A program made the translations under genes and the position numbers. Below, piece by piece: positions 39,101-51,455 of a DNA stretch of 64,000 bases. How positions within the stretch are numbered: the first letter of the stretch is position 1; each line of letters starts with the position of its first letter. Origin of the DNA: Azolla caroliniana (lineage: Eukaryota; Plantae; Polypodiophyta); the NCBI GenBank assembly GCA_043228905.1, contig JBHGNT010000012.1, positions 21,204,001-21,268,000 on the forward strand, written 5' to 3'. The notes under the pieces were generated by a model that was not told the DNA's origin, searched no databases, and saw only the letters and a list, made by a program, of their open reading frames with translations.

Positions 39101-42100
39101 CAGAGAAGTCAATAAAGAACCAGAACGATTAGATGGAATTAACATGTTAATGCCATATATGTAGACACTTGTGTTTACCTGCGTAGAGGTAAGAGTAGCG
39201 ACATGATCTGAAGTATATTTTTGCTCACTATGGTTGGACCCCAAGATCTGAACTGCTCAAACTTGGCAAGGACCTTTTGATAAACTGCATCATAGGCAAC
39301 TCTTTCCTCTGGAGAGAAGGTAACAATGATATCTTGTTCAGTTTTAGGAGGTAATTTTAAAAGTTCCCTTCCATTAAGCTTTTGCTGTTTTGTGTGCCTT
39401 ATCATCATCTGATGCATCAATTGGTCAGTTTTAAATAATGGTTAGTGCCTACTTATATCCATAAATAAACTAAAAAAACTAAATAACATCTTCCTTCCCA
39501 ACAAGGCATGAAAAGGCAGTAAAAAATGAAAGAACTTTATATTTTACTTTGTTAAGAGTCCATAGGAGAACTGTCTGGTCCTCGTTTTTGCAATGGCGTT
39601 CATATGGTCGTCCAATTCTCCTTCGGAAAACATCTTTGTTATCTAGAGGCTCCAATTTGAGAAATAAAAACTAGCATATATAAACGAAATAAACCAGTTT
39701 AATAATGCAAGTCCAAATTGGAATCACGTTGTAAATAAGAGAAGATGTTTACTTACTTGTCCATAAAGATCATATATACTTGTATTAATTGGAGTTCCAG
39801 TACAACACCATCGTCTCTCTGCTTTCAGCCTTGCACATGCCCTTGAATGCAAAGGTGCAGGGTCCTTCACCTACAAAAAATCAAGCACACCACGATTCAA
39901 TGTACAGTTCACAGATGTTTTCGGTACCTATATTTGGGTTTTTCTTTAATTCACCATATGATCCCATTTCTCATTATTTTTATTAAACATCATTAGTCAA
40001 CCCAGAAAGAAAGAAAAAGGAGATGAATCAACTGTAAAATGGCTCAAATTGCACAGACGTTCAAGAAAAAAGCTATGAATTGCACACATGATAAAGAAAA
40101 CCAAGGGCGTTTGGTAGAATACATAAAATCTCAGATTTAGTTCCAGTGTTTTCCTATTACATATACATCAAAATTACATTTTACCGTATGAGATTCATCG
40201 AGAACAACCCTCCACCAATTCACACTGAGGAGGGGACAAAATTGTTCAGCAAATCCAGATCCGTGCCTAGTTGCCTGTGTTGCTTTGCTAAAATCACTAC
40301 CCAATGTGGCATATGTTGTGATAACCTGAAGAATTGTAGAGTTAGAAACAATTTGCAAAGTACTAAAGATACCAGGCATTTTTTAAGGGTTCTATAGTAA
40401 AAACGAGTGAATATTCAAGAATGGATTAGAATAAGAATCCATACAATGTCAAACTTCGAAAGTTTCTTTGGATCTCGTATCCTGAAAATGAAAAACAGAA
40501 ATTTTGAGAAAATATATAGGCTAAGATTAATGAACTCAAAATGGAGAACTACTGCATGTGAAACTTGCAAGTATGCAAATACAAGGCATTCCATTTGGCA
40601 ATTACATTTATATTCTTGATTAATTATTTTTATCTTGGGTTAATTTTGTGTATGCAATTATCTCGAGGCTGTGCATTAGTAATCAACTTACCTTCCACCA
40701 TATCAAAGTATTGTTGTATGAGGTTGTAAAGACTTTCACACATTATTTCAAACTCCCTCTCATTCACATAAGGATTTAATAACTACCGTTACATTTCTAC
40801 TATCTTTTTGCATTAGCCACAAACGCACTGTGTTCTCCAACAATTGACTAAAACAAGCAAGATGTTTACACACATGATTCACATAAGGATTTAATAACTA
40901 CCGTTACATTCCTACTATCTTTTTGCATTAGACACAAACGCACTGTGTTCTCCAGCAATTGACTAAAACAAGCAAGATGTTTACATACATGAATAAACGA
41001 AGACATCTATTCTTGCCTTTTGGAGCCATGGTACATGTAGATGCTTAAGTTTGCAGCCAGCTTGCTCTTCACCTCGTTAGCCCATTGCCCAACAATAGAC
41101 ACAGGACAAACAACTGCAGTAAACATCACAATATGAGGAATGAAATAATAAGCAGCCACTTTTTTAAAGTATTCTATTCCTCACCCATGGAAAATATTCA
41201 CTCAACGGGAAATCATATATTGTATTCAACAAGAATTCATCCAAGCACAAGGATTAAAAGCTTACTCAGAGTCCCCTGAGAAAAGCTTGGGGCAGTTGCT
41301 TTATCAATGGGACATGGATTAGATAAAATCAAAGCCAATATCTGCAAAGAATGTCAAAATTTTCCTATTAGAACTTGGAAATAATTCAAAATGTGCAAGA
41401 AATATGCTTGCCACTAAACGCATAAACTCTGTAATTCAATTGTCCTTTGAAAATAGTATCAGAAGAAGCCTTTGTACGAAGATTTAGTAACAATGTTATG
41501 AATTTATTACAATATAGTCTCAATAGCCACATTCACTTCCATGTTTTAATGAATTCCGAAGCACAATTTTTCTACAGTAACTAACTTCTCAAAAACAAAC
41601 TTGAAACTTCATCGGTATTAAGGATTTTAAGAGTATTAACAAAAATGACCCTCGTGTTTTATAAATAGCCGGGTTAAGGTTGGAGGGAAATAATTTCTCT
41701 CAGGGATTTATGTGCCACAATAAATCAAAGTTCTCCCATTTTAGATGAAAAGTTAAACAATCATTGTTCCCTAGTTATATGGTATATTAGTAGAAATTTA
41801 TATGTTTTTTCTTTCCTAATGATACTAAATCTTGTGACGTGATGGTGCAAATGTTTACCTCGATTGTCTTTCCAAGTCCCATTTCCTCGCATAGGAATCC
41901 TCCACAAGAAACACCTTTCCTAAACTCCATGAGGTGTCCAAAGGATGCAGAGTATAAAAGAGGTTCCGATGATGTAGAAGTTGAGGGAAGTTTGTGGTAA
42001 TTGATGCTGAGAAGACCACCTTCTCTCTTTTCTGCATCAAGCATAAACTGTAATGATTGCAACTGATAAGATCGTAGAGGGACAGTAAGACCAACAGGAT

Positions 42101-45100
42101 GTGGTGCCTCATCATATCCTTCACTCTCTAGGTCACTGAGCAACCCAGAGAATGTGGTCCAATCATCAGTCCTTTCTGACCAATTCCTTATCTCGTCAAC
42201 TTCATTCAAATAGTCATGTAATTCAAAATCTTGCGGAAAGAGTTCCTGGAGAAGCTCCTTCAAGACAAGCACTTCATCGTCTCTCTGTCTTTTCAAGAAC
42301 ACCTTTATATCAACGGTTCCCTGTAGATCGAACTCTAGCTCCGGTGAAGGTGTAATTATCACTTGGAGTTGTCCTTGTGCTTCATTGAAGCTGAAATGTC
42401 AATAGTGCGTACATTAGATAGTTCTATTGCATCTTGACAAAAGAATGAACACTTCTTCTCTGATGCTATTTAAATTACCATTGTTCATACAAAATTTTGG
42501 ATTCTACATAAAATATCCATAGAAACATATGAAAACCAGTCATTTCCTTTAAGACTATGATCATTATCTGTAAGACACCTTCCAGATATGGATCATCAGA
42601 AAAAACAACGAAAGAATCTTTTCATCTAATAATAATAGCATTATTTTTCTCCATATGTACGGATCAATGCTCCTTTTCTATGTGAGAACCTCAAGAACAG
42701 TGTTAATTTATTTTGTATTTTGCAGGAAGATTCAATTTTGTCGTCTATACTGTTTCTACTACCCTTACATTAGCTCATCAATCAAAGCTTTGTAACTGTG
42801 GGTCAAATTCTTTTGCTGATATGATCCATCAGGACAGCTGCCATCTTCAGTTAACTCCACCCAATTTGGCTGTAGTAGTAGTGCATTTCCATCACCCACT
42901 GCATTGGGTTGTCACATAAGATTAGCTTCAATTTTATTTATTTATTTACTTTAAGCCAGTATAATTTTCTCCAGTTATGTGATGTCAAGCAGAATAGTTC
43001 CTTCTTAGACTAATGTTTCAAAATGCAAATCTCTAAACACGGTAAACTTCTTCCAGATAAAATCTCGTGCAGGTTCATATTATACCCAAACCTTCTATAT
43101 ATGATGTCCGTCCAGAACCTAGTTTTAAACTCACTTGTTTGTAAAGAAAATCTAAAAATTAAACCTTACATTAGCCTACTATTCAATTCATAAAAAACCC
43201 TTCTTTAAAAATGTAAAAACAGAGTGATTTGCAACTATTTTCTGTTTAATTCACATGATAGAGTTACGTATTCAAAGGTGACCCACTCCCCATGGATCAT
43301 AAAAAATAACACAGAAACTTATTTTGCTTTCTGGAACTTCTATTGAAATTCTTTTGAGAGGTCTTTATTTCCTTCCATAATCAGAAGACAGGAAGTAAAT
43401 ATAGAGAGGCTAAAACTTACAATGATAAGCAAATAATTCAAGAGAAAGCCTATTGCCCGGCTTGAAGATCTCCCTCAGAGTGGAATTCCCATGTTGCAAA
43501 ATTACCGGGATGTGCACTGTGCCAAACTCAAAAAACCTGTGGAAACAAGAAAAGCTGAGATATTACAAACTCATTTAGTTAACTGTTAACTTAGACGTTT
43601 GACTTTAGAAAACAATATTCGTTCAGATTGGATAATCTAAATTAGTTTCTTTTATATCTTGCAAGAATCTAGCTTGAAAATTTTGATGTTCTAGTGTTCA
43701 GACCCTGAGTTGTTCTAGACTTCAAGAGTTGCAAATAATCACTGCTTTCTTCCTGAGACTGTTCAATTCTTTGGTATAGAGGTAATTTGAGCTGTCAAAC
43801 CAGTTATGTGAGCTCCTATCAGTATTAAATTACCTATTTATTCTGAAAATCTCATCCTTAGAGGTTTTGAATCTGTAGAGCAAAACAGTAATTAAATTTA
43901 AAATAGGTGGAAACATACATTGCTTATGTATGTAAAATTATGATTATAAATCTGCTGAAAATTTCACTAAAATATCTACATTGTATAATCCTTGAGTTCT
44001 GAATTACGCAGGGCCATAATTATTTAATTAAAAAAGATGGAAAAGCATACTGATGATGATTCTTACAACGCTCAGTTATGATAGTTTCAAACATTTCTTT
44101 TCATGAAACCCTGCAACTCATTTGAAACATTGAAATCACAAAACTCAAGACTCCTGAGGGATGTTATTAATACATTAGATGTGATGGATCGAAACATTAA
44201 ATTTAAAATCTCAGCAGAGCTAAATAGATGGATAATTGATCAACGTAATGACTAACAACCATGTGAAGAGTGGACATTTTAAGTGATTATCGTCTGTGTT
44301 TTAGAGAATCATTAAAGTGTGCATGATATGATTAAAGTATGACGTACTAGTGATATCGATGAGTATCTCAGAGTAAAGAAGCTAACCATCTTATAAATGA
44401 TCACCTGTAGGCTAATAGTTACTTTTCTTTGCTTTGAAAAGAGTATTGGAAATTACGTTCTTGTTTTTTATTTCGCTTGAATCCATGTGAGTGAGGCTCA
44501 TTTAGGCTAAATTTGGTCTGTATACACTTCAATCATGTAAGTGCAGTTCCTTAGTGTAAAGGAGGCCATCCGAATTCATGTAAGAAACTTTTGTCTAACT
44601 TTGGTCTGCATACACTTCAATCAATTTAAGTACACTCGTTTGCGCATCAAAGGATTCTTATGAAAGGATCATTTGGCTTGTTATAATAATATTGTGCGCA
44701 GGATGCATGATTCTCTCCACGTAAGTGAACATATTATGTTCATTTCAAATTAGTCATCCTAATTACATATACACACTAAGCATCCAAGGAACAACAGCGT
44801 TATCTTGAAATTAACATGAAGGAAATAACAAATTAGCTTGTAATTAGCATGACAATTAGAAGCTACAAAACTTAAGGATCAAAATTAATTTGAAAGGAGC
44901 AACATTAGGATTTACATATGATGAAAGCATGGTGAAATGAAAAAGGGACGAACAAACCTAACAAACTAAAAAAACTGACATATTGGAGATGGAAAATATC
45001 AAAACATGACAGGTTTGCAAAGAGACGGCAAAAACTAAAACGAACTACAGTGACATAGAAAAGAACGAGAGAACATAAAATGCAACTCAAAAAACTCAAT

Positions 45101-46591
45101 CTATAAAGACACAAAGAGAGGACAGAATTCCCAAAGATTTTACTAAGAAACAAGGATTAAAATCAATTGATATACAGAAAGTCACGATTTTGTGAAGATA
45201 ATTACATGATTTGGACCATCAAAACTAATCATGACGCAAAATAAATAAACCAACCAACTACCAAACTGAGAGGTGACACATTTAACAAACTGTAACAAAC
45301 ATATCGCAATGAATTAGCTGGCTAAAAAAGCAAGGAATTAAACAGAAAAATGGCAGATTGGAGGAGCTTACTGTGGATCAAGAGAAGGATCGGAGTGAGC
45401 TCTAGGAGGAGCAACAAGAGATCCAGCCGGGCAAGCAGCATAGCAATCAGAAGAATCCGCACCATCAGCAGTTCCTACGGTAACATCTTCACAGAGAGGG
45501 ATCTTGCATAATTCAGAAGACTCGTAGAAACTGTTGATATGATCATCATTAATTGGTTCCCGTTGTTGTTGATGATGATGATGATGGAAAGGTAGGTCAG
45601 GAAGAAGCAAGATCCCGTGGTGAGTATGGAAGTCAGGGTCTCCATTATGATCAGTGAAATTAGCGTTTCCATTTAAAATCTGATCATTGAAATTAGGGTT
45701 TCCATTAATATGATCGGTGATATTAGGTTCTCCATTATGATCCGAGAAGCTAGGGATTCCATTATAATCACTGAAGTTAAGGTTTCCATCGTGAGGAAAA
45801 TTAGGGCTTCCATCATGTTCATCAAAGCTAGAGTTGTCATTAGGTTTAATAAATTTAAGGTTTCCACATTGAGGGAAGGTAGGGTTGTCATCATGTTCCG
45901 TGAAGCTAGAGTTCCCATTCTGAGGAAAGCTAGGGTTCCCTTCATGCTCAGTGAATTCCGGGCTACAATCGTCAGGAAATATGAGGCTTTCATCATGTTG
46001 AGTGAAGCTAGGGCTTCCATTGTGAGGGAAGTTGGTATTTTCATGGTGGCCGGGGTTGAAGCTACAATTTGCAAGGTGGAGAAAGTTAGGGTTTCCACCC
46101 GCGCTAGGGGTACTGCTTCCGCTAGACAGGTTCTGATCGCTGTGTTGATAGCTGAAATCGAACCCTGGTACACCAGAATCATCTCTGAATGAGTAAAGAT
46201 CGTCGCTGAAAAGATTAAGGTTTCCATGAATTATGTCTTCTTCAAACGAATTATTGGTGCACACCTTCGTCTTCTTTCCAAAGAAGCCGAAAATATGATC
46301 TTCTTGTGCTTGATCATGTTCTTGATCTTGATCTTGATCTTGATCCGGGCTATATCTAATATGGCTCTGGTGAATGTGTCTTATATGGCTATGGTGCATG
46401 CTTTCGTCTTCGTCTTCTTCTTCTTCTTCGATGTGCAGGACGTGGAATGGCGATGGCGGAGCTTTGAAGCTAGAGGTTTGGTTCATCATCATCATCTGAT
46501 GAAGATGGTGATCACCTTCTTCGTCTTCTTCTTCTTGCAAAGAACTGAGCTTTCTCTTGCTGGGTTTCGAATGAGTACTTTGAAGCAACAT
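36173..46591 (-). CDS. SNF2-family helicase/ATPase with internal C3HC4 RING (RAD5/RAD16-like group), 19 exons, ~1268 aa
   Basis: Exons (minus): 46591-45372, 43536-43421, 42898-42769, 42390-41859, 41341-41266, 41113-41017, 40481-40445, 40325-40185, 39870-39757, 39670-39548, 39408-39179, 39023-38817, 38264-38000, 37601-37464, 37353-37270, 36776-36753, 36673-36609, 36528-36421, 36272-36173; 3807 nt, phases consistent. Motifs LRSYQ, GGFLCEEMGLGKT, VVLDESH, CTGTP, CGIC..CKHWFCQEC..CPTC, LIFSQF and EQAVGRCWRMGQ. Exon 1 attachment and start codon are less certain. Confidence 0.9.
40762..40991. repeat. 115-bp tandem duplication in SNF2-gene intron 6
   Basis: Copies 40762-40876 and 40877-40991 differ at 4 positions. 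Confidence 0.95.
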
Positions 46592-47359
46592 TTTTGAAGT
46601 GATTACAGATTCAACTTGAAAGAACGGAAATTCGTTCTCCAATCCGGCGGAAAAGCAGGAGAAAATCCTAATCCTATCTCTGCATAGAAGAAGAAACCAC
46701 AGCTCTCAACCATAACCCTAACCCTAACCCTAACTCTGCAACATTGAGTAAAGAAAGAAAGAAAAGAAGAATCTGAGAATGACGAGTCTTTCTTTCTTTA
46801 CTGCAGAGAGCAGGTATTAACAAAACCCCACTAACCATGTCTCAAGAGCCAAGGAGAAGGGAATCTTAACAATAATGCTAAACCTAAAAACAGAAAAAGA
46901 AGAAAGCAGGGGGTGACGAGCCTTCCGCTTCCCCGTCAATTAACAAACCCTGGTCACCATAGCTCCAGAGAGCAGAGAAGCAAAAGGAGATGAAGGCGAG
47001 TCTTTCCTTTCGTTCTTTTCTTTCTTACTTTCCTGCAGAGAAGGGAATGTTTAGCAAAACCTAGAGTTCGCCATAGCTCCTCCGAGTGGAAGAGAAGGAA
47101 AGGAGGCGATGACGTATCTTTTCCTTCCTTCCTTCCTGGAGAGAAAGAAAATCAACGTGGAATAGGAGTAACCATAGCCCGAACCCTAACCCTAACCCTA
47201 ACCCTAACCCTAAGATAAACCCTAAAGGGAGGGGCTGGATTTCTTGAAAGAAGAAGAAGAAGAAGAAGAAAAGGTGGCAAGAAAAGACGAAGGAAAAAAT
47301 TAACGTAAGAAGAAGAAGAAGAAGAAGAAGACGTTATACGATCAAAATCTTTGGTCCCC

Positions 47360-47420
47360 GTGTTATATGTCCACTGGCCCCGCCACGTGGCGTCATCCCA
47401 TTGGCCTATCCGCACGTGCG
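47360..47420 (-). promoter_or_regulatory. Core promoter of the SNF2 gene: G-boxes, CCAAT-N9-CCACG (ERSE-like) and TATA-like box
   Basis: GCCACGTGGC at 47382-47391, GCACGTGC at 47412-47419, minus-strand CCAAT(47404-47400)-GGGATGACG-CCACG, and CATATAA near 47363-47369, followed by a (TCT)n leader. Confidence 0.6.
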
Positions 47421-47449
47421 GCGCCCGTATCCGTATACCAGCCACCAAT

Positions 47450-48080
47450 AGCATACACATGCAAATACATACATACATACATACATACATACATACATAC
47501 ATACCCATACATACATACATACATACATACACACATAGATGCATACATACATACATACATACACACATAGATGCATACATAGATGCATACATATATGCAT
47601 AGATGCATGCATGTACATGCATGCACGGAGACATATGATCCATAACATGCGTACATACATACATTCATACATCCCCATTGCGTCCTACATATAATCCATA
47701 CACACAATATGCATACATACAAACCTATGATGCATATACATACACACATACATACATGATACACCCCCCATTGCATTATGCATACATACATGCATACTAC
47801 GTGGTATGATCTGTACACAATGCACAATACATATACATACATACGTGCATGCAAACATATGATCCATACATATTCATTCACATACATATATACACATGCA
47901 TACATATGATCCATACACATACATATCCATATATTAACATATATATATATGCATACATATGATCCGTACACATACACAACATGTCAACATATATACACAT
48001 GCATACATATGATCCATACACATACATAATGTACATACATACAATAATGTCCCATCCCCATTGCGCACATACAATAATAC
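47450..48080. repeat. (CATA)n microsatellite decaying into CATATGATCCATACA-type repeats
   Basis: Seen directly. Confidence 0.9.
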
Positions 48081-48220
48081 CATGTTGCAATTTCCCAATC
48101 ACTTTTAACTTTCGTCTTACCTTATGCAATTATACTGGACTTGCATGTCTCTTATGTTTCCATCCTAACTATGGGATCTCTAGATTAATCATTTCTAGTC
48201 CCAATAACAATTGGTGCCAA

Positions 48221-48420
48221 GACCTAAATGGTGCTTAGCGCCACCAGTATGGTTGTTCCCACCACCAATCACATAACTTGGTTAAGGAGTGGTGGAGTGT
48301 TGAGGGATGGGACCTAAGGAAGAATGCACCAGATCAATGGTAGCTTGATGGTAGGTCAATTTTTTGTAATGTTGTTCATAACTAATGAAAGGATATTTTT
48401 CCGGAAAAAAAAAAAAAAAA
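48221..48420 (+). mobile_element. 5'-truncated non-LTR (L1-like) retroinsertion with poly(A) and target-site duplication
   Basis: Ends in A16 (48405-48420) and is flanked by an exact CAATTGGTGCCAA repeat (48208-48220 and 48421-48433). Begins with a reading-frame end PKWCLAPPVWLFPPPIT*. Confidence 0.85.
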
Positions 48421-48680
48421 CAATTGGTGCCAATCAAACATTTTTTTGGGGGGCTGACAACTTAGATTTTATGAAGATCATCCTTTATTTCTTTTTTCTT
48501 CATAAAAGGATATTTAAGTGGACTAGATTCCATAGAATAAGAAACTAATGATGCAGAGCAGCTTTAGCTTTAGAATCTCCAGTAAGACAATCACATTACC
48601 CTTTTAAAGTATGGATCATGTCCAGCCCAATAGTGTGAAATGATGTTCGACGAATGCGCGGAAGTATGTGTGTGAGGACC

Positions 48681-50553
48681 TGTTGATCTATGCACAACAA
48701 ATAACACAAATATGTAGTAATAATAATAAGCAGAAGATAGACACAACTCGAGCTTGAATGGAGGTTCTCTGTTATTCTGTAACTCTCTCTCTACAAGACT
48801 CAAGATGGAAGACGTTAATATTTCTTTCTTTCTTTCTCTCTCACACAGTTACAACGTTAGGTTATAGCTTATATACTCAAGCCCTAAATATCAGACATGT
48901 TCACACTTATAGATACAAAGTGGACGGAGTCGACCTTTTATGCCAACAAACTCCCCTATAAAAGGGGACTGCTCTTTCTTATGTATACAAATGATTTGGG
49001 GTTATCTCCCTCGTAAACCTAGATTTCAAGTATAATCTATAGGTGATAGTATACATGTGAGGCTGCCGACATGTGGTAGAAGTTACAGAGGTGAAGTCGG
49101 CTTTCAGCCTAATTCGATATGTATACAGACCAAAGTTTGCCTAATTTGCTGGATCCTCGATCTGTCTTCCGACTTGTTTATACCTTGATCGTTTCTTCTC
49201 CAAGTCTGTGTCCTTGCTCAATGTAGCATCTTCGTTCTCTTGGCATTCCGACTTTGTAGAATTTGCTTCATCAGCTCTATGTTTGGCTTTCTTCTGCTCA
49301 AACACTTGTCGTAGTCCTATCTTTTTCCTCAATGCTCCAAAGCATTGATCTAGGAGTGGTTTTGTCAAGCAATCAGCAATGTTCACCGCGGTGTCGATCT
49401 TCCGGACTTCGAGCTTCTTCTCTATTACTAGCTCTCGGATGTGATGATACCATACCTTAATATGCTTTGTCTTCACAGGATAAACAAGATTATTGATGAG
49501 GTGTATTGCACTCTGTGAGTCGCAATAGATGATCGGCGCTGGGTGGTCGATTAAGCTTGTAGCCGAGAAGTCGACAGTGAGTCGGTGCAGCCAAATCACC
49601 CTTTGCTGCCTCCAATGCTGCTATGTACTCAGCCTTTGTGGAAGACAGAGTCGTGCAGTCTTGAAGCTTTGACCTCCATGATATTCCACCACCACCATAG
49701 GTGAAGATGTAGCCTGATGTCAACTTCCGATTATCCGGATTCTTGGCATAGTCGAAGTCGGTGTAGCCTTCGACTTCGGTTGGATTTGCCGATCCGAAAG
49801 TCAACTGTGCATATTCGGTTCCTCTCAAGTACTTGAAGATATGCTTGACAGCCTCCCAATGCTTCCGTCCTAGGTTTGACATGTATCGGCTGAGGACCCC
49901 TACGGTATATGCAAGGTCGGGTCGGGTTGGGTCGCCACCATTGTGTACATGATACTTCCTATTGCCGATGCGTAGGGTATCTTTCCATTGAGCTCTCTCT
50001 CCTTATCCGTCGAAGGAGAGTCTCTGTCCAATAGTTGGATCGACGTCGGAAGTGGTGTTGGTGTTGGCTTCACGTTCTCCATGTTGAAGTGCTTCAGCAC
50101 TTTGCAGATGTAGTCGGATTGGGAGAGTCGGAGAGTCTTTGTCTTCCGATTTTGCTCGATCCTCATGCTCAGTATGTGTCGGGCTTGTGCGAGTTCCTTC
50201 ATCGTGAACTTGTCATGAAGACTCATCTTTAGTTTTTCGATTTCGGCTTGGTTGCTCCCTACTATCAGCATGTCGTCGACATATAGGATTAGATAGAATC
50301 GGGACTCGTCAGCTAGTTGCCGAGTATACATGCATGGGTTGGAGTCGGACTGGTGATAGCCAAGCTACCTGATGTAGGAGTCAAACTTCTAGTATCCCAT
50401 CCTCGGTGCTTGTTTTAGGCCGTAAAGGATTTTCTTCAGTCGACATACGAGGTGACCTTCCTTCCTTGTCATCGTGAAGCCTATCGGTTGGGATATGTAA
50501 ACGTCTTCTTCCAGATCTCCGTGGAGGAATGTTATCTTTACGTCTAGTTGCTC
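48681..50553 (-). mobile_element. Ty1/copia 3' half: RT, RNase H, PPT and 3' LTR (48681-48948)
   Basis: [48 protein letters not shown] and ADCLTKPL. Minus-strand AGGGGAG PPT (~48951-48957) precedes a TGTTG...CAACA LTR. Confidence 0.92.
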
Positions 50554-51455
50554 AAAACACCGGGTCACTTGAAACAGGTAATATGTCGCAATTTAGGAGT
50601 AGTCCGTCCAAAAAAGACACAAAGTAGGTCATTTCACAAAAAGGACCATCGCATGCGTAACGGTTTTCAGAAACTGAATCAAAATATATTGATTTATACC
50701 ATGCCCAAAATATTTAGGGCTTTCAAAAAATGCCTAAATAATCGACATGGGAAATTTACAAGAGAACGTACAAAAATTACAAAATGACTAACACCTATAT
50801 TTATACATATTTGTGAATCGCCATATTGATGTAACATACAATATTTACATTTCATATATGAGATCCATCACTTCCCAAAGATATGCCTTCCCCTTCAGAC
50901 CCACCCGATGAACTAGAAGAGCTTTGTGAGATCTCATCCTCATCATCACTAGCAACCAATGCATTGTCTTCATCCAATTGCAATTCAACGTCACCGTTAT
51001 TATGAGACATACTCCTTGTTCGTGTCTGAATGCGTCAACGGGCACATATGCGACCTTCTCTTTTATTATCTTGATTGTAGTCTGTCTTCGATGGCCTGTT
51101 TTGGCCAAGGAGAAGTCATACATGAGTATGTCGACATTATGAAGTGTTAGAGTAGACGTGCTGGGTAGATTCTTTCTTCTCCGCTTTCTGCTTGTGCCTT
51201 TGACATCCTTAACCATCTCTAAAGAGTACTTCCCAGTAAATGCATCTTTGGAAGAGGTATGATACTAATGAACCACAATGGATTGAACTTGATTGCCTTC
51301 ATCATCCTTAATAATTTTAATGATTTTAGCAATCCAAAAGGGATGACCCAACTTATCACCCCCATCTAATGTTGCAACCAGCATACCAACTTGCAGCTCA
51401 TGTAGATTGCCTTGCCATCTCGCCTCAGCAGCATGCGATAATCTTGGTCCCACGT
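50554..51455 (-). mobile_element. 3' fragment of an unidentified element (probably a DNA transposon) interrupting the copia RT
   Basis: Broken reading frame ELQVGMLVA...HPFWIAKII...SIVVH*YHT...DILMYDFSLAKTG with no retroelement motifs, followed by ~300 bp of non-coding sequence. Abrupt junctions on both sides. Confidence 0.5.

Noticed and set aside
46592-46642. ORF-track start MENEFPFF for the helicase
   Set aside because: It is a TTG codon; the first in-frame ATG is at 46591.
47152-48238. Cys/Met/Tyr/Val-rich ORFs
   Set aside because: Translations of (CATA)n repeats.
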